DNA from: Hydrolagus affinis | Taxonomy: Eukaryota | NCBI GenBank assembly: GCA_012026655.1 | Contig: JAAILG010000001.1 | Location: forward strand, 1 to 64,000 | DNA length: 64,000 nt | Reading direction: 5' to 3' | Shown here: piece after piece, positions 22,001 through 33,150 of the stretch | How the letters are laid out: every line of letters begins with the position of its first letter | How positions within the stretch are numbered: the first letter of the stretch is position 1 | Program-made: the position numbers and the translations under genes | Notes under the pieces: model-generated | Seen by the model: only the letters and a program-made list of their open reading frames with translations | Told to the model about the DNA's origin: nothing | Databases searched by the model: none

Positions 22001-22013
22001 ATCACAAAAATAG
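3938..22013 (+). CDS. MKI67: Proliferation marker protein Ki-67, full spliced CDS (15 coding exons, about 2,880 aa including a gap)
   Basis: Exons joined by hand at GT-AG sites with matching phases: 3938-4029, 4125-4206, 4305-4420, 4813-4897, 6086-6164, 7213-8409, 9115-9362, 10493-11773, 12328-12452, 13019-13193, 13373-13531, 14392-15104, 15905-16025, 17408-21457, 21883-22013. Diagnostic motifs: N-terminal FHA, KRVSFG..L.PE.FD...PPNSPLRKGGTP, NLLVKKSWAQVVK, STGHAASPATIIIGKA, GVAELFTTP. Confidence 0.96.
4125..4206 (+). CDS. MKI67: MKI67 coding exon 2 (FHA: KIDCDIRIQLPHVSKEHCKLEVNENNE)
   Basis: TTTTTAG acceptor, GTAAC donor, FHA CDIRIQLP.VSK.HC motif. Confidence 0.95.
4305..4420 (+). CDS. MKI67: MKI67 coding exon 3 (FHA: VILSNLSDVNPTSLNG...LKHGDVFTIIDRSFR)
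   Basis: TGCAG acceptor, GTAAAT donor, FHA NPT.LNG and LKHGDV.TIIDRSFR motifs. Confidence 0.95.
4813..4897 (+). CDS. MKI67: MKI67 coding exon 4 (FEYPLDSG...KNETLQ)
   Basis: Polypyrimidine tract plus TAG acceptor, GTACTA donor. Phase 2 to 0 fits both neighbours and completes the FHA RFEYP. Confidence 0.9.
5146..5924. mobile_element. Non-autonomous hAT (Charlie-like) DNA transposon in an MKI67 intron
   Basis: Left end TAGGGTCGTCCAACCTTTT, right end TTTGGACCACCTTG. Flanks AGGTAGAG/TTGTAGAG resemble a degenerate 8-bp TSD. Confidence 0.55.
6086..6164 (+). CDS. MKI67: MKI67 coding exon 5 (VLHVQQGGEHG...GQTS)
   Basis: AACAG acceptor, GTTGGT donor. Phase 0 to 1 is what joins exon 4 to the 7213 exon; gives ETLQVLHVQQ. 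Confidence 0.82.
6305..6804 (+). mobile_element. L2 LINE fragment (RT remnant plus 3' end)
   Basis: Frameshifted translation QGSILGP..FLIYILP..VICRHGVNFHMY(xD)DSQLYLS matches the L2 RT YADD region; L2 tail at about 6760-6804. Confidence 0.8.
7045..7130 (-). mobile_element. SINE 3' tail fragment
   Basis: Degenerate reverse copy of the same SINE tail. Confidence 0.55.
7213..8409 (+). CDS. MKI67: MKI67 large disordered exon (1197 nt, phase 1-1; includes SPFSHLYEMCK)
   Basis: Lies in ORF 7197..8435. TTTAG acceptor, G|GTAAGG donor. SPF..LYE motif resembles Ki-67 exon 7. Confidence 0.93.
8740..8960 (-). mobile_element. Possible L1/Tx1-type LINE ORF2 remnant
   Basis: Minus-strand peptide ..MYPRYIEIPNEKL..IECALSSWRD..RRRMVRVQAL loosely resembles the post-RT KYLGI...I...L..W...GR region. 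Confidence 0.3.
9115..9362 (+). CDS. MKI67: MKI67 PP1-binding exon (KQKRVSFGINLCPEVFDKHMPPNSPLRKGGTP)
   Basis: RVSF at 9195-9206 followed by the Ki-67/RepoMan PP1-binding extension. TTAG acceptor, GTTAGT donor. Confidence 0.95.
9888..10135 (-). mobile_element. L2 LINE 3' end
   Basis: (CAA)n then TTATATAGCACTTTTCACATCAGGAGGATGTGCCAAAGCGCTG, the reverse of the L2 tail, then a purine-rich 3' UTR. Confidence 0.75.
10493..11773 (+). CDS. MKI67: MKI67 exon with SP/RK-rich 12-aa tandem array, RGRFSVSRI and start of the conserved domain (SRRQSGASVANLL); spans a 100-N gap
   Basis: ORFs 10583.. and 11200.. read the same repeat on either side of the gap. AAAG acceptor at 10492, G|GTAGGA donor. Confidence 0.9.
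10595..11310 (+). repeat. Coding 36-nt tandem repeat (unit CCAGGCAGGAARTCACTGGGTGCCAAGACCCCCTCC = PGRKSLGAKTPS), about 17 visible units plus gap
   Basis: Counted directly: about 6.5 units before and 10.5 after the N run. Confidence 0.95.
10833..10932. other. Assembly gap (100 N placeholder)
   Basis: Run of 100 N inside the coding tandem array. Confidence 0.99.
11871..12219 (+). mobile_element. tRNA-derived SINE
   Basis: CTCAGTGGTTAGAGC head; body and tail colinear with 457-768. Confidence 0.85.
12328..12452 (+). CDS. MKI67: MKI67 conserved-domain exon (VKKSWAQVVKEG...)
   Basis: Matches the Ki-67 SWADVVKLG conserved domain; phases fit. Confidence 0.93.
13019..13193 (+). CDS. MKI67: MKI67 exon (TPIRSMKDHYSTGHAASPATIIIGKAQ...DQSFT)
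   Basis: Matches Ki-67 STGHANSPCTIIIGKAH. AACAG acceptor, GTAATC donor. Confidence 0.94.
13373..13531 (+). CDS. MKI67: MKI67 exon (GVAELFTTPMKK...TLEET)
   Basis: Matches Ki-67 GIAEMFKTP; phase 1-1. Confidence 0.9.
13640..14007 (+). mobile_element. L2 LINE 3' fragment
   Basis: C-rich body ending CAGCGCCTTGGGACGTCCTCCCGACATGAAAGG...TTGTTG. Confidence 0.75.
14392..15104 (+). CDS. MKI67: MKI67 exon with degenerate short Ki-67 motifs (LLTTPKEK, LKTPK, IMKTPK, VEDFAG, GVKEMFHT, GLGEMFSSP)
   Basis: Lies in ORF 14370..15134. Starts GELVISPL. TTTTAG acceptor, AAG|GTAAAA donor. Confidence 0.92.
15905..16025 (+). CDS. MKI67: MKI67 small exon (LTTMQDQDKNTMSPPF...HDDV)
   Basis: Strong acceptor (TTTTGTTTTATTAG) and G|GTATGT donor. 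Open frame; 121 nt bridges phase 0 at 15104 to phase 1 at 17408. Confidence 0.8.
16246..17157 (+). repeat. ~70-80-bp degenerate direct repeat pair (16246-16325 and 17089-17157)
   Basis: CCAGTATTCAA.TCCAACT.AAGT.TTAGTGTCCCCAATGATGTTTTGT...TCAAGTCT..AGTT.AGCTG occurs twice. Confidence 0.85.
17408..21457 (+). CDS. MKI67: MKI67 giant exon (4050 nt; internally repeated, K/R/E-rich, LR-type motifs)
   Basis: ORF 17383..21483. TTCTAG acceptor, G|GTAAGG donor. Repeated RRSLR/RRTLR/RSLRG motifs. Confidence 0.93.
21683..21840 (-). mobile_element. SINE 3' half in last MKI67 intron
   Basis: Reverse of the SINE tail and body (TGAATTGAGTCACCAAATT). Confidence 0.7.
21883..22013 (+). CDS. MKI67: MKI67 last coding exon (...PQARRTRYTTRSQK*)
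   Basis: TTTATAG acceptor in phase 1, stop TAG 22011-22013, basic TRS-type C-terminus. Confidence 0.88.
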
Positions 22014-22537
22014 ACAGTATCTTTACAACCTGTCTATTGGGAGACTCCAGTAATTTTTTTTTAACATATTTGCCTATCTTCTGTTTTTCCATCTTGTGTT
22101 CTAAATAGATGGGTAATGGCAAATTTAATATCCAGCACGTTGTGTTTTGTTCTATAAATTGCTTGTGGCTGTCTGCAAAAAAAAAGTTACATTGGTATCT
22201 GTTGTAAAATGATCAATGACCTATTCAAATTTATTTTTACATTTACTGTTGAGGAAAGGGTAAAAAACATCAGGTTTTATAATTTGATTAGCAATTGTTT
22301 AATGTTAAAGATGTAAACTCTTCTGACTACACAAGTCTTTCATTTTCTGCCTTTAGGATTAGATCTAGGATTAGAATTGCACATCGATACAAATAGCTTT
22401 GCGAGATTTTATTTTATACACCGAAGTATGACATTTTTTTCTAATCTTAATTGTCTTAATTCTATTTTTAAAGATACAATTGGAATTCTATATCTAAGTG
22501 CTTCAAATTTGTATGCAACAAGAAGTTTAATTTTGAA

Positions 22538-22559
22538 ATTAAATAATCTGTACATTAAA
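22538..22559 (+). terminator. Candidate MKI67 polyadenylation signals (ATTAAA x2)
   Basis: ATTAAA at 22538 and 22554, followed by a T-rich tract, about 530 nt after the stop codon. Confidence 0.5.
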
Positions 22560-23069
22560 TCCTAGCTCTTCTACTTTTATTTTACTGATGAAGATTGCAT
22601 TTTTACATTTTCAATAGAGTGAACTGCTTTTTATGTGGCATTCCAGGAGGGCTGCTGATCATCTAGGGCATAGCCTGCTACAGACAAATATGTAAGCCAC
22701 AGTGGATAGTTAGCACTATAAACAGTGAATGTTTGCTGAGGTCAGACAAAAGATAATACCTTTTTAAAGTTTGTTCACATGCTGATACTGAACTTGCAGG
22801 ATTCTCTGATCCAAATGCAGATGTATGCATCATTCAAGCTATTTCACAATTAGGCAGTTTCTCAGCTACATCACATGAATGCTTTGCAGCGTAGCTGCTT
22901 TTAAGCTACAAATTCAGTCATAAACTATATGTTTGTTGGATTCTGTTTAGAGGTGATAGGGGAATTTGAAAAATCTCAACCAAAGAATAATTCCATGCTG
23001 TGTTCTCTTTCTTCCCACACCCCACCACACATACTTAATCAGAATTAAAATATGTGAATTAATTTTAGC

Positions 23070-23630
23070 TACTAATACCTTGCATATGGTATAGCACCTT
23101 ATGTCTTTGAGGTGTCTCAAAGCACTTCACAGAATATACTGTAAAGTGAATTGACTATATATTTATAGATATTCTTTAGCAAGGTACCTAGCAAATTTGC
23201 ATCTCTACCCTCCTGAATTTGGAATTCATGTTATATAGTACATCCCAAACATTTGCATTTAGTGCCCTTCAACCAGAGAAACGTCTTAAAGAGCCTCACA
23301 GAAATGGTGCCAGATGCTGGACAAGGAGTTGAGAAGGACAGATATAGGTAGGTGTGCTCAAACACTAAGGTTTTGAGGTTTTTGAAAACGATGAGGCAGG
23401 GATTTGGCATAACGGCTGAGGTAGGCGATGCAGAAAAGATGTAGTTTTGATTAGGGACTGGATGTAAGGATCAGAGGTGGAAGTGGGCAATGCTGCTGAG
23501 GTGCGGAGTTGGGGGAAGGCAGAATGGGTCATGGTCTGGGTACTAATAATACTTGCATTTGATATAGCGCTTTTCATGTCTCAAAGCGCTTCACAGAATA
23601 TACTGTAAAGTGAATTGACTATTTGTGGGC
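23070..23630 (-). mobile_element. Cluster: SINE tail (23072-23165), L2 3' fragment (~23250-23520), SINE tail (23543-23625)
   Basis: Two reverse SINE tails TTGCAT.TG.TATAGC...TTCACAGAATATACTGTAAAGTGAATTGAC flank a purine-rich L2-like segment. Confidence 0.65.
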
Positions 23631-24821
23631 GAAGATTAGCTGTATATTAACATGTGGGGGACTGCAGCATGCACACCTTGCGTTATTTTGTTCTTTTAAG
23701 TTTTTAATCTTCAAAATTTATAATTTGAAATATCTCACCCAAAATGTGAAATTACATCTTAATGAACGGTGAGCAGTTGTATTACATTAAAAAAAAATGA
23801 AATGCTGCTCAGCCATTCAAATATATGTACTTTATATGGTGTAATCTCTTGGGTAGGGGATCTTACAACTTTAATCCAATTTCATGATTTTGATGATGAT
23901 TCGACAACTCCTTGTTTCACTCTTGTGGTTCAGTGTATCATTAAAACCTAAAATTACATTCCAGCCACATAATTCAATATTTACATGTATATACCAGTCA
24001 ATATATAATTTAGACACAGATATTTATTAGAAATAGTGTTTCCTGTCAAGTGAGACGGTTGCTCATTTTGTTTTCATATACAAAATCCCGGTATAAATTT
24101 TTTAAAAAAACTTTTTTAACTGAATAATATCAAACCAAACAACCGAAGGTGATGAGAAAATTGGCAGCAGTTAACTGTAATAAAGAACACATTAGCGATA
24201 ATTGTAAAATATAGGTATTGAAATGCCAATTTCAGAGAAAAAAATACAAATCTCAATATTTTAATAGCTGAGAAATGATGAGTGGATGTTCAGTAGTCAG
24301 CTTTTTTAGTTTATGATCTTATCTGTGAGGATGTATATTTTTGACCATATAAAATGTCAAGCATGCTACTCTCCTGTAACATAAAGTGAAACAACAGCCA
24401 GTATCACGACACTTCATTTACATGACACATTAGCACAGTACTTTAGTTCAAATTCTATGATTCAATTGCAGTAATGAGATGTACTTCATGATTTCAACAA
24501 CCACAAGTGAAGAATACGATGATGTTGATTTTAACTACTCCCTACTTACCCAATGTGCTGTATTGATATTTTTAATCAGAAAAGGTTCAATGTTTGGAAC
24601 AATGTTTCGACAGGTCTGTATTTCATTAATATCATCTTATATTAAGTCATATATGGAGTTCTGTAGGTTAGTGGTTAGAGCACTTGTGTTGCAAGCGGAA
24701 TTCCTTACTCCACATGCCTCCACTTATCTAGCAGTAAGTAGGAACCTGATTGTTAGTCGATTGGCGAATCACTTTTCCGGGAGTAAAAATCCCTTCAAAA
24801 AAAATAGTTTGGTCACTCAAT

Positions 24822-25319
24822 TAGGCCCGTCGATATGGGAAATTTCCGATATGGATATATCGGTTGGCTCATATCGATATATNNNNNNNNNNNNNNNNNN
24901 NNNNNNNNNNNNNNNNNNNNNNNNNNNNNNNNNNNNNNNNNNNNNNNNNNNNNNNNNNNNNNNNNNNNNNNNNNNNNNNNNNCCCTCTCCCCCCCCCCCC
25001 CCTGTCTCTCCCTCCCTCTCCCCCCACCCCTTGTATACCTGTATATTGTATTCGAGGACTACGACTACAATATGGCGGCTTGCATCTCGGTCTGTGCATT
25101 CTGTAGAGATGAGCATTCTGGGTCTTGTAGTTCAGTGCGCGCGCATTCGTATGTACGCGCGCATTCCATGCTCTACGCCCAGGAGGTTGCAATGCCGACG
25201 ACAGGGTACCGATATTTTTTTAATCGAATTTTTCGATATATCAATATATTTTAAATTCCGATATCGGCATATTGATATGAAAATTATATCGGATATAACC
25301 GATATACCGACGGGCCCTA
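24822..25319. mobile_element. Young non-autonomous hAT transposon (MITE)
   Basis: TIRs TAGG(G)CCCGTCG(A/G)TAT / ATACCGACGGGCCCTA. Perfect 8-bp TSD CACTCAAT (24814-24821, 25320-25327). Many subterminal CGATAT/ATATCG motifs with intact CpGs. Confidence 0.9.
24883..24982. other. Assembly gap (100 N placeholder)
   Basis: Run of 100 N inside the hAT MITE, next to a poly-C tract. Confidence 0.99.
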
Positions 25320-28300
25320 CACTCAATCTACGACTGTGTGTTGGACAAACTGCAATTGGCTGACACGTTTCATCCACAAAATATACGGTTACAGTATATT
25401 CTGTGAAGCGGTTTGAGATTTCTCGAAGACGTGACAAGGCGCAATATCAAATGTAAAGATTGCAATTATTATTCTTATATTGTCTTTAATTTGGTACGAA
25501 TTGAAAGACAGTTTTAATTTTTTTTAAAGTTCCCACTAAAAATGTTTTCTAAATTTAGATGTCTTTAATACAGATATTACAGAAGGCAATGAAAAGAAAG
25601 TATGAAAACATAAAATAACTTTAGGTATAATCCATTCAAATCCTGCATAATTGTTTGGGTTGTAATACTATTGCAATTTTCATAATGTTATCTACATATT
25701 GAATCCAAAGTTAAATAATTAAATACTTCAGTATTTATCTTCCAATCTGTGACCTAAAGTAACCTCAGCCTTAACCCTGAAAATAATTTCCAGCCTTGAG
25801 TGCAATATACATATATACTTTTTTTTCCAATTAGTAACTGGATCTTTAAGTTAATTTTTAGCTTGACATTGATATGCTGTTTTTCATAAAAGCCTAATTA
25901 CACAATATGTACACTTTGGCATTCAATTCTGTCCTAGTGGCTTTCTCAAATGATGTTTGTGAAATTTGCAATTTCATATTACAGTTTAAAAATTAAAAAC
26001 TGCAGGAGGCTAGCATTAAAATGAGAATTCATTTCAGGGAAAGCCCCACAGACAAAATTCACCCTAATAGAATTGTGCATAAGGGGCTGCAAATCATGAT
26101 CTATTGTTACACAGGGGAGGGCTTGTCAAAACCAGTATTGTTGGCCTGTAGTTGTATTCACAGTATTAAAACCATCAGCGGAGTCACTGTGGGGAAAAAT
26201 GTGAACATTATCAAAGAACAGTAAATTAGCAAGAAATTAAAGCATATATTTTTGCATTTTCAAAACAAAAGGTCCCTTCATTAGAAACCTTTCTTCAGTG
26301 ACTTAATATTCATAGCAGTAATTTGCATAACTAAATCAATTTCCACTGGTGAGAAAAAGAACAAAGTTTTCGTTAATTTTTTTTTCCTTTGAATGAGCTC
26401 TATCATTTTTGATTAAAATTTTGCACCAGTACTTTAACAGTATAAGTAGTTTAACCTCATTATTTAGCGAGAAGACCTATTGCAAAAATAATATATTTTG
26501 GAAGATTGCTAACTGATCCTTAACAGATCCATACTGAATGATGTTTTAAGCTTGTTTAAAACATTGGCTGTAACAACACTGTATAAGGCATTCATTTACA
26601 GACCTATTGCTATTTATGGTATGGTAGATTTTAACTTCTGTAACAAAGCTATAAATGTCTTTCAGTAAAAATGAAGACAATCTTTTTTTTAAAAAAATAT
26701 TGGTATTCAAAGGAATAAAGCCAAATATATATACATATATATTATAATATGGCATTATTATAAAACCAGTGTTTTATTCACATTTGTGCAAAATGCATTA
26801 GGGGCAAAATTACCTTCAGAAGAAATCAGATTCTTTATCAAAAAACGTGATCTTATCAGTAATTCACATTTCCGTTAATATCAGACCCTGACACATAATC
26901 TGCTGAACATCTCTTGTGCCTCTTGTTTTTACTAAGAGTAACCTGTGGAATATATAACCCGCTGAAAATAGTTTTGTGGAGTAAAGGTAGCACCACATCT
27001 TAATGTTCCTTTAGCTTAAACAAAAATAAAATTCAGCGGATGGATCCTGATATTGCATTCTTTCCGAACAATAACCTTTCAAATTTTTCATGGGAGCTTC
27101 ATCTGTTATTATCTGGTATTATCAACATTTTTAAAACACAATTCAGTACTGTAGTTTAATTTACTGCAGTCATCTTTACGTGGATTACATTTATACATAA
27201 TCTTTTCATTTGATATAGTGCTTTTCACACCCTGACAAAATCAATATGATAAAATCTAATTTGTTACGTAACAGCACATTTTCACCCTTAGATTGCCAGA
27301 ATACAAACTGAATTATCTGAGTAATTCGGGGAATATCAACAGGTTCGTTCACTGTAATATCAGATTTTTTAATGATACCAAGGGAACCTATCAGGAATTG
27401 TTCGACTAAATGCTGATCTTGGACACTTGTGTGTGTGAAGGAAATTAATGTCCATGGGCAGAGCTTGTTTTTTCTTTCTTTTGCTTTTCTTTTGTCTCTA
27501 CAAAATTTATTTTTTTCAACCCACAGAAAAATGACTTGTATCTTTTCCCATTTTTAGCTACAATTCTTTCTATTAATAATCCATAAATAATACATGTTAT
27601 AGCAGAAACATCCTGAAGCCAGGAAAGCTCAGTATATTCACTGGTTAAACACTCTATTACTGTACTTCCTTGTGTGTAATCTACCTGAAGTATAATCTCA
27701 GAGGGGTTAACTTGAATTGCTCACTTCTGAACATGCAATTATATCCATAAGGCTTCAGTGTATAATTCATAGGAGATGTGCTAATTAATCCATGTAATAA
27801 TAATCTAAGTAAATTTAGGGAATATACACATGTGTGAGAGCTTTATAATGGTTCACCAACTCTCGAATATAGTATTCAATGCTATCTTGCAATTTTTAGC
27901 TTCTGGACCTTTCTTTTTTAAGTCATTAAGTACAGCAAATGATTTGATCAACAGACAAGGTAAAGCAAATTGTGACCCAATCTGCTGCTCCAGTGACACT
28001 GCTATTGCGTAGGTTAAACACGAACACATGTTCCAGTGGATAATACTAACTAGACAATCATTTTCAGAAGAAAAGCATTGCAATCAACTGTAAAATAGTA
28101 AAGGTCATTACATAAGAAAACAAACAGAAATGGACCATTTGACCCATCAAGTCTGTTTGACCAGTTTATTAGATTTGGGCAGATCTTTTATTCCCAATGA
28201 CCTGCCCTTTAGAACATACATATGGCAAAAATAGACCAGCATCAACTATAAGAATAGCTGGAGTATAAATCAGCATTTGTATTGGAAAACAACAGGTCCA

Positions 28301-29380
28301 TCTATTTACTGTACTTATTTTAATTTTAAAACATTGCAGAGGAAAGAACAGTAAAGCTCCACTCAAAAAGTAAATCTGTTTTTCATAAACAGTGAAACTT
28401 CCACCAACAATAATGACAAATTTCATGTCGGGGGGAAATCCCAGTCAACAATGTTGAAATATACAACTATTTTACCTCTCAAATCTGTTCTGGTAGGCCC
28501 ATTGTCTTGGTTTACACTAGTTCTACCAACTGTCCTACCTCCCTCCAAATCTAATTCCAAACAGGGATCCAAGTTTTTCGAGTCTGTTCTTATGCTATTC
28601 TACAATATTCTACCATATGTTCTACAATATTTTTGTCAGGCTTTCATTTAGGCAGTGTCAAGAGATGGCTGTTAAGAAACACAATACAAGGTAAATGAAC
28701 AAATATAACACTCCATAAAATTGATTAAATAACCTTGGAAAAAATAGTTTCTTAGAGAATCTTCAACAAACTTTTCCAAGATTATCTTTCTCAGGGTCAC
28801 AACAGATTAAATACAATATAGAATTAACTGGTGTAGGTTATTTGTACCTGTAATTCAATATTATGGCTAGAATGGCTTTTGTCTTTTGCAGAAGGCTGTT
28901 TCCTCCAATTTATTAGACAGACAGACAACTGAAAATCATTGAGGATTCAGACTTGATACATTCCTTTCCATTTCTGCCTCCCATTCCATAAAATCCTAGG
29001 TAGATTTCAGGCACGATTACTGGCAATTTTCAGGAGGATTTTGAGTGAAGGCCTGTTACCAATTCCAGCTGTTAATCAAGAAGATAGAAATGAGTTTCAA
29101 TATTCAATCGCATCTCCACCACAAGAAGCATTCCGACAATATCACTGGTCTCTAGGTGATGCAAAAGACCACTACCAGTTGATGATGTGCCGTTAGGGGT
29201 CAATGGTAAGCGTTTGCCAGTAATCAGTAGCCAGGTATGTGGATTGCCTTTAACAGAACCTTTCAGCTCAGTTTGAAATGCTGAACATGTTCCTGTCAGG
29301 CATGTCTATGGCAGTGACATCAATCCTCTTGTTATGGGTGAATACATTGTCTCCTGACAGGTAACTGTCAAAGGTAAGCT

Positions 29381-29427
29381 CTGATCAGCTGGACATTCTT
29401 CTGATCAGCTGGACATTCTTCCGATCA
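29381..29427. repeat. 20-bp tandem duplication CTGATCAGCTGGACATTCTT
   Basis: Two exact copies plus a partial third. Confidence 0.85.
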
Positions 29428-32319
29428 AATGGTCAGGCATGTCTTGTTAAACCTTTCTTCTCTTACACCTGTATTTTATGTGCTTCCCAGGAAAAGGGGA
29501 AACATGTCTTCTATATGTATCTAAAACATTTTTTACAAATGCTAATATTCCTGCCAAGCTGTTGCATCTGATTTTGGACCTAAATTCACATAAGTTGACG
29601 ATTCTATAAAACAAGTTTCCCAGTGATTGCTGTATTAACGAGACAGGCAAATACCAGGTCCAACATCCCTGATTGTATATAACTGCAATTATAATAACCC
29701 CAGTATTGTTCTGGGGTTAAGTTGATTGTGTACATATAATACTGCAAATATAACTGATGTTCAATGTTACAGTCTTTTCTTATATCAATAATACAAAAGT
29801 ATAATTTTTTACAAAACTGTTTTAGCATTGTGAGAAAGTGTTAGATTCTGCCTTGTGGATTTTTTTTCTACACAATTGCTTCCCTTTCCATGCTTTGTTT
29901 TTTTTTTGTTCTTACGATATAGACAATTGATGTGTTTTGTCCAAAATATTTCAATAGGGGCCAGAATTTACAAACGTACTGAGCACAACCTACAAAGTTG
30001 CTTCTAAGAACACCAGTGACATTATTCGAATTAATATAAGCTTACAAGTCTTTCAACGAGGATAGAATTTAACATTACTGACCATCAATCTCCCCTTGCA
30101 GATTTGGAAACCCCTTTTTTTCCAAACCTGCCAATTTCCCAGACTGACAGGAACAGAAAAGCCGGATTCAAATGAAGAATCAATATCTGAGCAATGTTGA
30201 ATGTTTCACTGACTGTTTCACTATCCTCTCACATCAGGAATTGCCATGAGTTTTGTTGTGAGTGCATTCCATTTGCTATTTTTTTCTCTCAGATTTCATT
30301 TTGAAGATATTGTGTATATCCCGAGTGCCTGAGATCTAAAGCTTTTTTTTTGATCCGCTTCCTTAGCAATACTTTAAACTGATGGAATTGCAACTGTTGT
30401 CAAAACTGTTTTTTTTAAAAAATATGCTTTGACTACAAAACACACTACAGAATTCTATCAATCATAAATACAGGTTGAATGTTTTGTTGACACATTATCA
30501 ACAACACTTGCATTAATATTCTACATTCACAGCAATCCAGGTATGTCAGGCTAATGTTGCTTTTTTAAAAAAAAGCATCTCAGTTTCTTTTCATGCCAAA
30601 CTAAGAAAAAGGAAACTTCCTTAGAAAAAGGAAACTTAAGATCTCGGCTCTTGATGTAGCTTGTGATATTATGAATGAAACATCAGTCAGAGGAAACGAA
30701 GTCACATGGAAAAAAAAGGAACACTTATAAAACATTACTGGCAACATTCTTGGAAATTCTTCTGAGTTCTTTGATCTATAAACGGCATGTTAAGTGTCAC
30801 AAATTAATAATGTTTTGAGATCAAGAAACAAGAACCAGTTAGAGTACTCATTTACAACTCATTTGCAGCCATTGTAAGTCTACACTACTCTAGGTAGACA
30901 TTCACTATTGAATTACAGTCAACTCACTGATAAATCACCGAATCTGTGGCAAGTGAAGCTCACCTAGTAAATTGTCCAGTTGTTCCTCAGGACCAGTGAC
31001 AAAGCAATGCCCACAGTAAAACAAAGTCTAAATGCCAGTAGCCTTTATAATGTTACTGAAGAGCAAGTGTTAGATTCTAACAGTATTCATAGGGTGTCAC
31101 GTACATTGTCCCCTGATGTGAAAGGCACTCTACAATTATAATTTTGTTATTTATCTTCTTCTTCTTATTCATTCCCCCTTATTAGGTAACACACATTCAA
31201 TCGTCAAGGTGGGAGCACCTGGTTGTGTTCAACACAGTGGTTTTCAAAGTTGTTCTGTGGTATAGGAAGGTGTGCCTCTGTGTGAATAATCTCCATCCCA
31301 AATTGGAAAGAAAAACAATATCAAGCACTCCACTTCGAAGCAGAGCTTTGATTACCTTCCACCTTTACAAAACACCTGGACTATTGCTTCCGACATACAA
31401 AATACAGTCAGTACCCTTCGCATTAAACATGTGAAGCATTTTATAACATCCTCCTGATGGGAATGTTGTTGTATCAAATGCAAGAATTATTATTACCTGT
31501 AGTATTATTTACCCATTTTAACCCTTTAACCCTGTATATTTATATCAGGCCACAATACTTAACTGGCATAAATGTTGTAAAATATATATTTTTTCAGCTA
31601 CTCTTTATTTTCATGAGTAATCTTACAATAAAAAATAAATAGATGATTGTGCCATCATGCAGTTTTATCGATCTATAAAGATTCTGCACTGGGGTCAAAT
31701 CATATTAAAGAGTAAGAGGAAATGTAGGATAAAGAAATCAGCCTTCTACAAATAAAGTGTCTCACCTTCCTCCTGTTTAACACATCTACATTTGGGTCAA
31801 AGTGAAACATTCTCAAGCCATGTGGATAGATACAATACAAACATAACTCAGTGAATGTAAGTAAATATCTGAAAGTGCCTTTAGGGAAAAAAGTCAATTA
31901 AAGAGCAAGAATGCATTTGATTACCTCATTTAAGAAATGTGTACTTTGTTTTAAAGCTTTTTAGTTATGTTTGGTATCTGCCACATTAAATCTTCAAAAC
32001 GAACCTGTATAAAATGTTCCAAAAGTGATGTTTATTTTCTTAAATCAGTACTCATTTGCTTTAATCAATGTCCCTCTGAACTTTGAGCCTTCTATTTTCT
32101 TCTATCCAGCTCCCAAATTCTCATCAAACTGGTATAATGTTATGTAAGCATTTTTATATGGCTGAACAGAAAACTGAACAGAAATTGTCTCTTACTATTT
32201 CCCCTTTGATCTCAGCGCCACAGTTCAACAACAAACAATTAGTTCCACATTGTCGCTGATGGAAATATTCCTCCCGTAATTTATTTCATTGCTCTCAACC
32301 CTATCTCTTCCTTTACCCA

Positions 32320-33080
32320 AAGCCTGTTTTAATAGACCCATTGTCTCAGTTTACACTAGTTCTACCAACTATCCTACCTCCCTCCTTCCACCTTTCTTGC
32401 TTCCTCTCTTTGTTCAGACTCTGTATCTGTGAATTCTGCTATTAACTTCCCCCATGTTGATAAACTGTGCATTGATGACTCCATCTATATTGAAAGAACC
32501 ACCCGGAAAGCCAAGAAGCAATTTGCCTACATTCCCAGTGATTCATTAATTGACCATGATGTGTTGATATGAATCAAAAAAATAAGCTCAGAATGTGGCT
32601 GCCTGGATGTCTGAGTGTGGAATCAGCACAGAACAAGATACGTAATGCCATAAGTAAACTTGACCATGCTCTATGGAGCAAGAGATACGAACCTGCTTCC
32701 TGTATTCTGTCGCAGATTGTCGCAATCTATCATGCAGATTTCACAGCAAAACAAGATAACTTACACTGAATTTCATGCGCCCACAGGTCTCCAAGGAACT
32801 GGATCCATCTTGTTGAAAATGCAACTCAGTTGGACTGGACATGTCATATGCATGAGTGAAGCACGAACACCAAAGCAAATGTTGTCTGGTGAAACACGAG
32901 ATGGCAAGTGGGCAAACGACTGGCAGGGGGAAAAATTCAAGGACACCTTCAAGCAGAGTCTGTAAAAATGCTGAATAGGTGTAGCATGTCTGGTAGTACA
33001 TATCTGGAACTGGAGTACAGCAGTCTAAACGTGCAGGGAAATGTTTCGAGCAATGATGGATTAATGAGATGGTGCAGAAG
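32320..33080 (+). mobile_element. RTE-clade LINE ORF remnant
   Basis: ORF 32660: TMLYGA...SILLKMQLSWTGHVICMSEARTPKQMLSGE...KFKDTFKQSL matches the RTE C-terminal QLRWAGHV.RM...RLPKQ..YGE...KRFKDTLK motif. Confidence 0.8.
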
Positions 33081-33084
33081 CCAA

Positions 33085-33150
33085 ATAATAATAATCCTTG
33101 CATTTGATACAGCACTTTTCATGTCTTCTAGACGTCTTAAAACACTTTCA
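33085..33150 (-). mobile_element. SINE 3' tail
   Basis: ATAATAATAATCCTTGCATTTGATACAGCAC..., the reverse SINE tail. Confidence 0.7.

Larger units (their letters stand above)
24668..25472 (+). mobile_element. tRNA-derived SINE interrupted by a hAT MITE
   Basis: 5' part 24668-24821 and 3' part 25320-25472 rejoin into the SINE consensus (TTGGTCACTCAATC.ACGACTG). Confidence 0.85.

Noticed and set aside
24479-25363. 294-aa ORF
   Set aside because: It runs through a SINE, an N gap and a MITE and is not a coherent protein.
28481-28546. ~60-bp sequence also found at ~32320-32385
   Set aside because: The second copy is contiguous with the RTE remnant, so this is probably a dispersed fragment of the same element.
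30600-30640. Short 20-bp tandem duplication (AGAAAAAGGAAACTT)
   Set aside because: Ordinary slippage duplication with no further signal.
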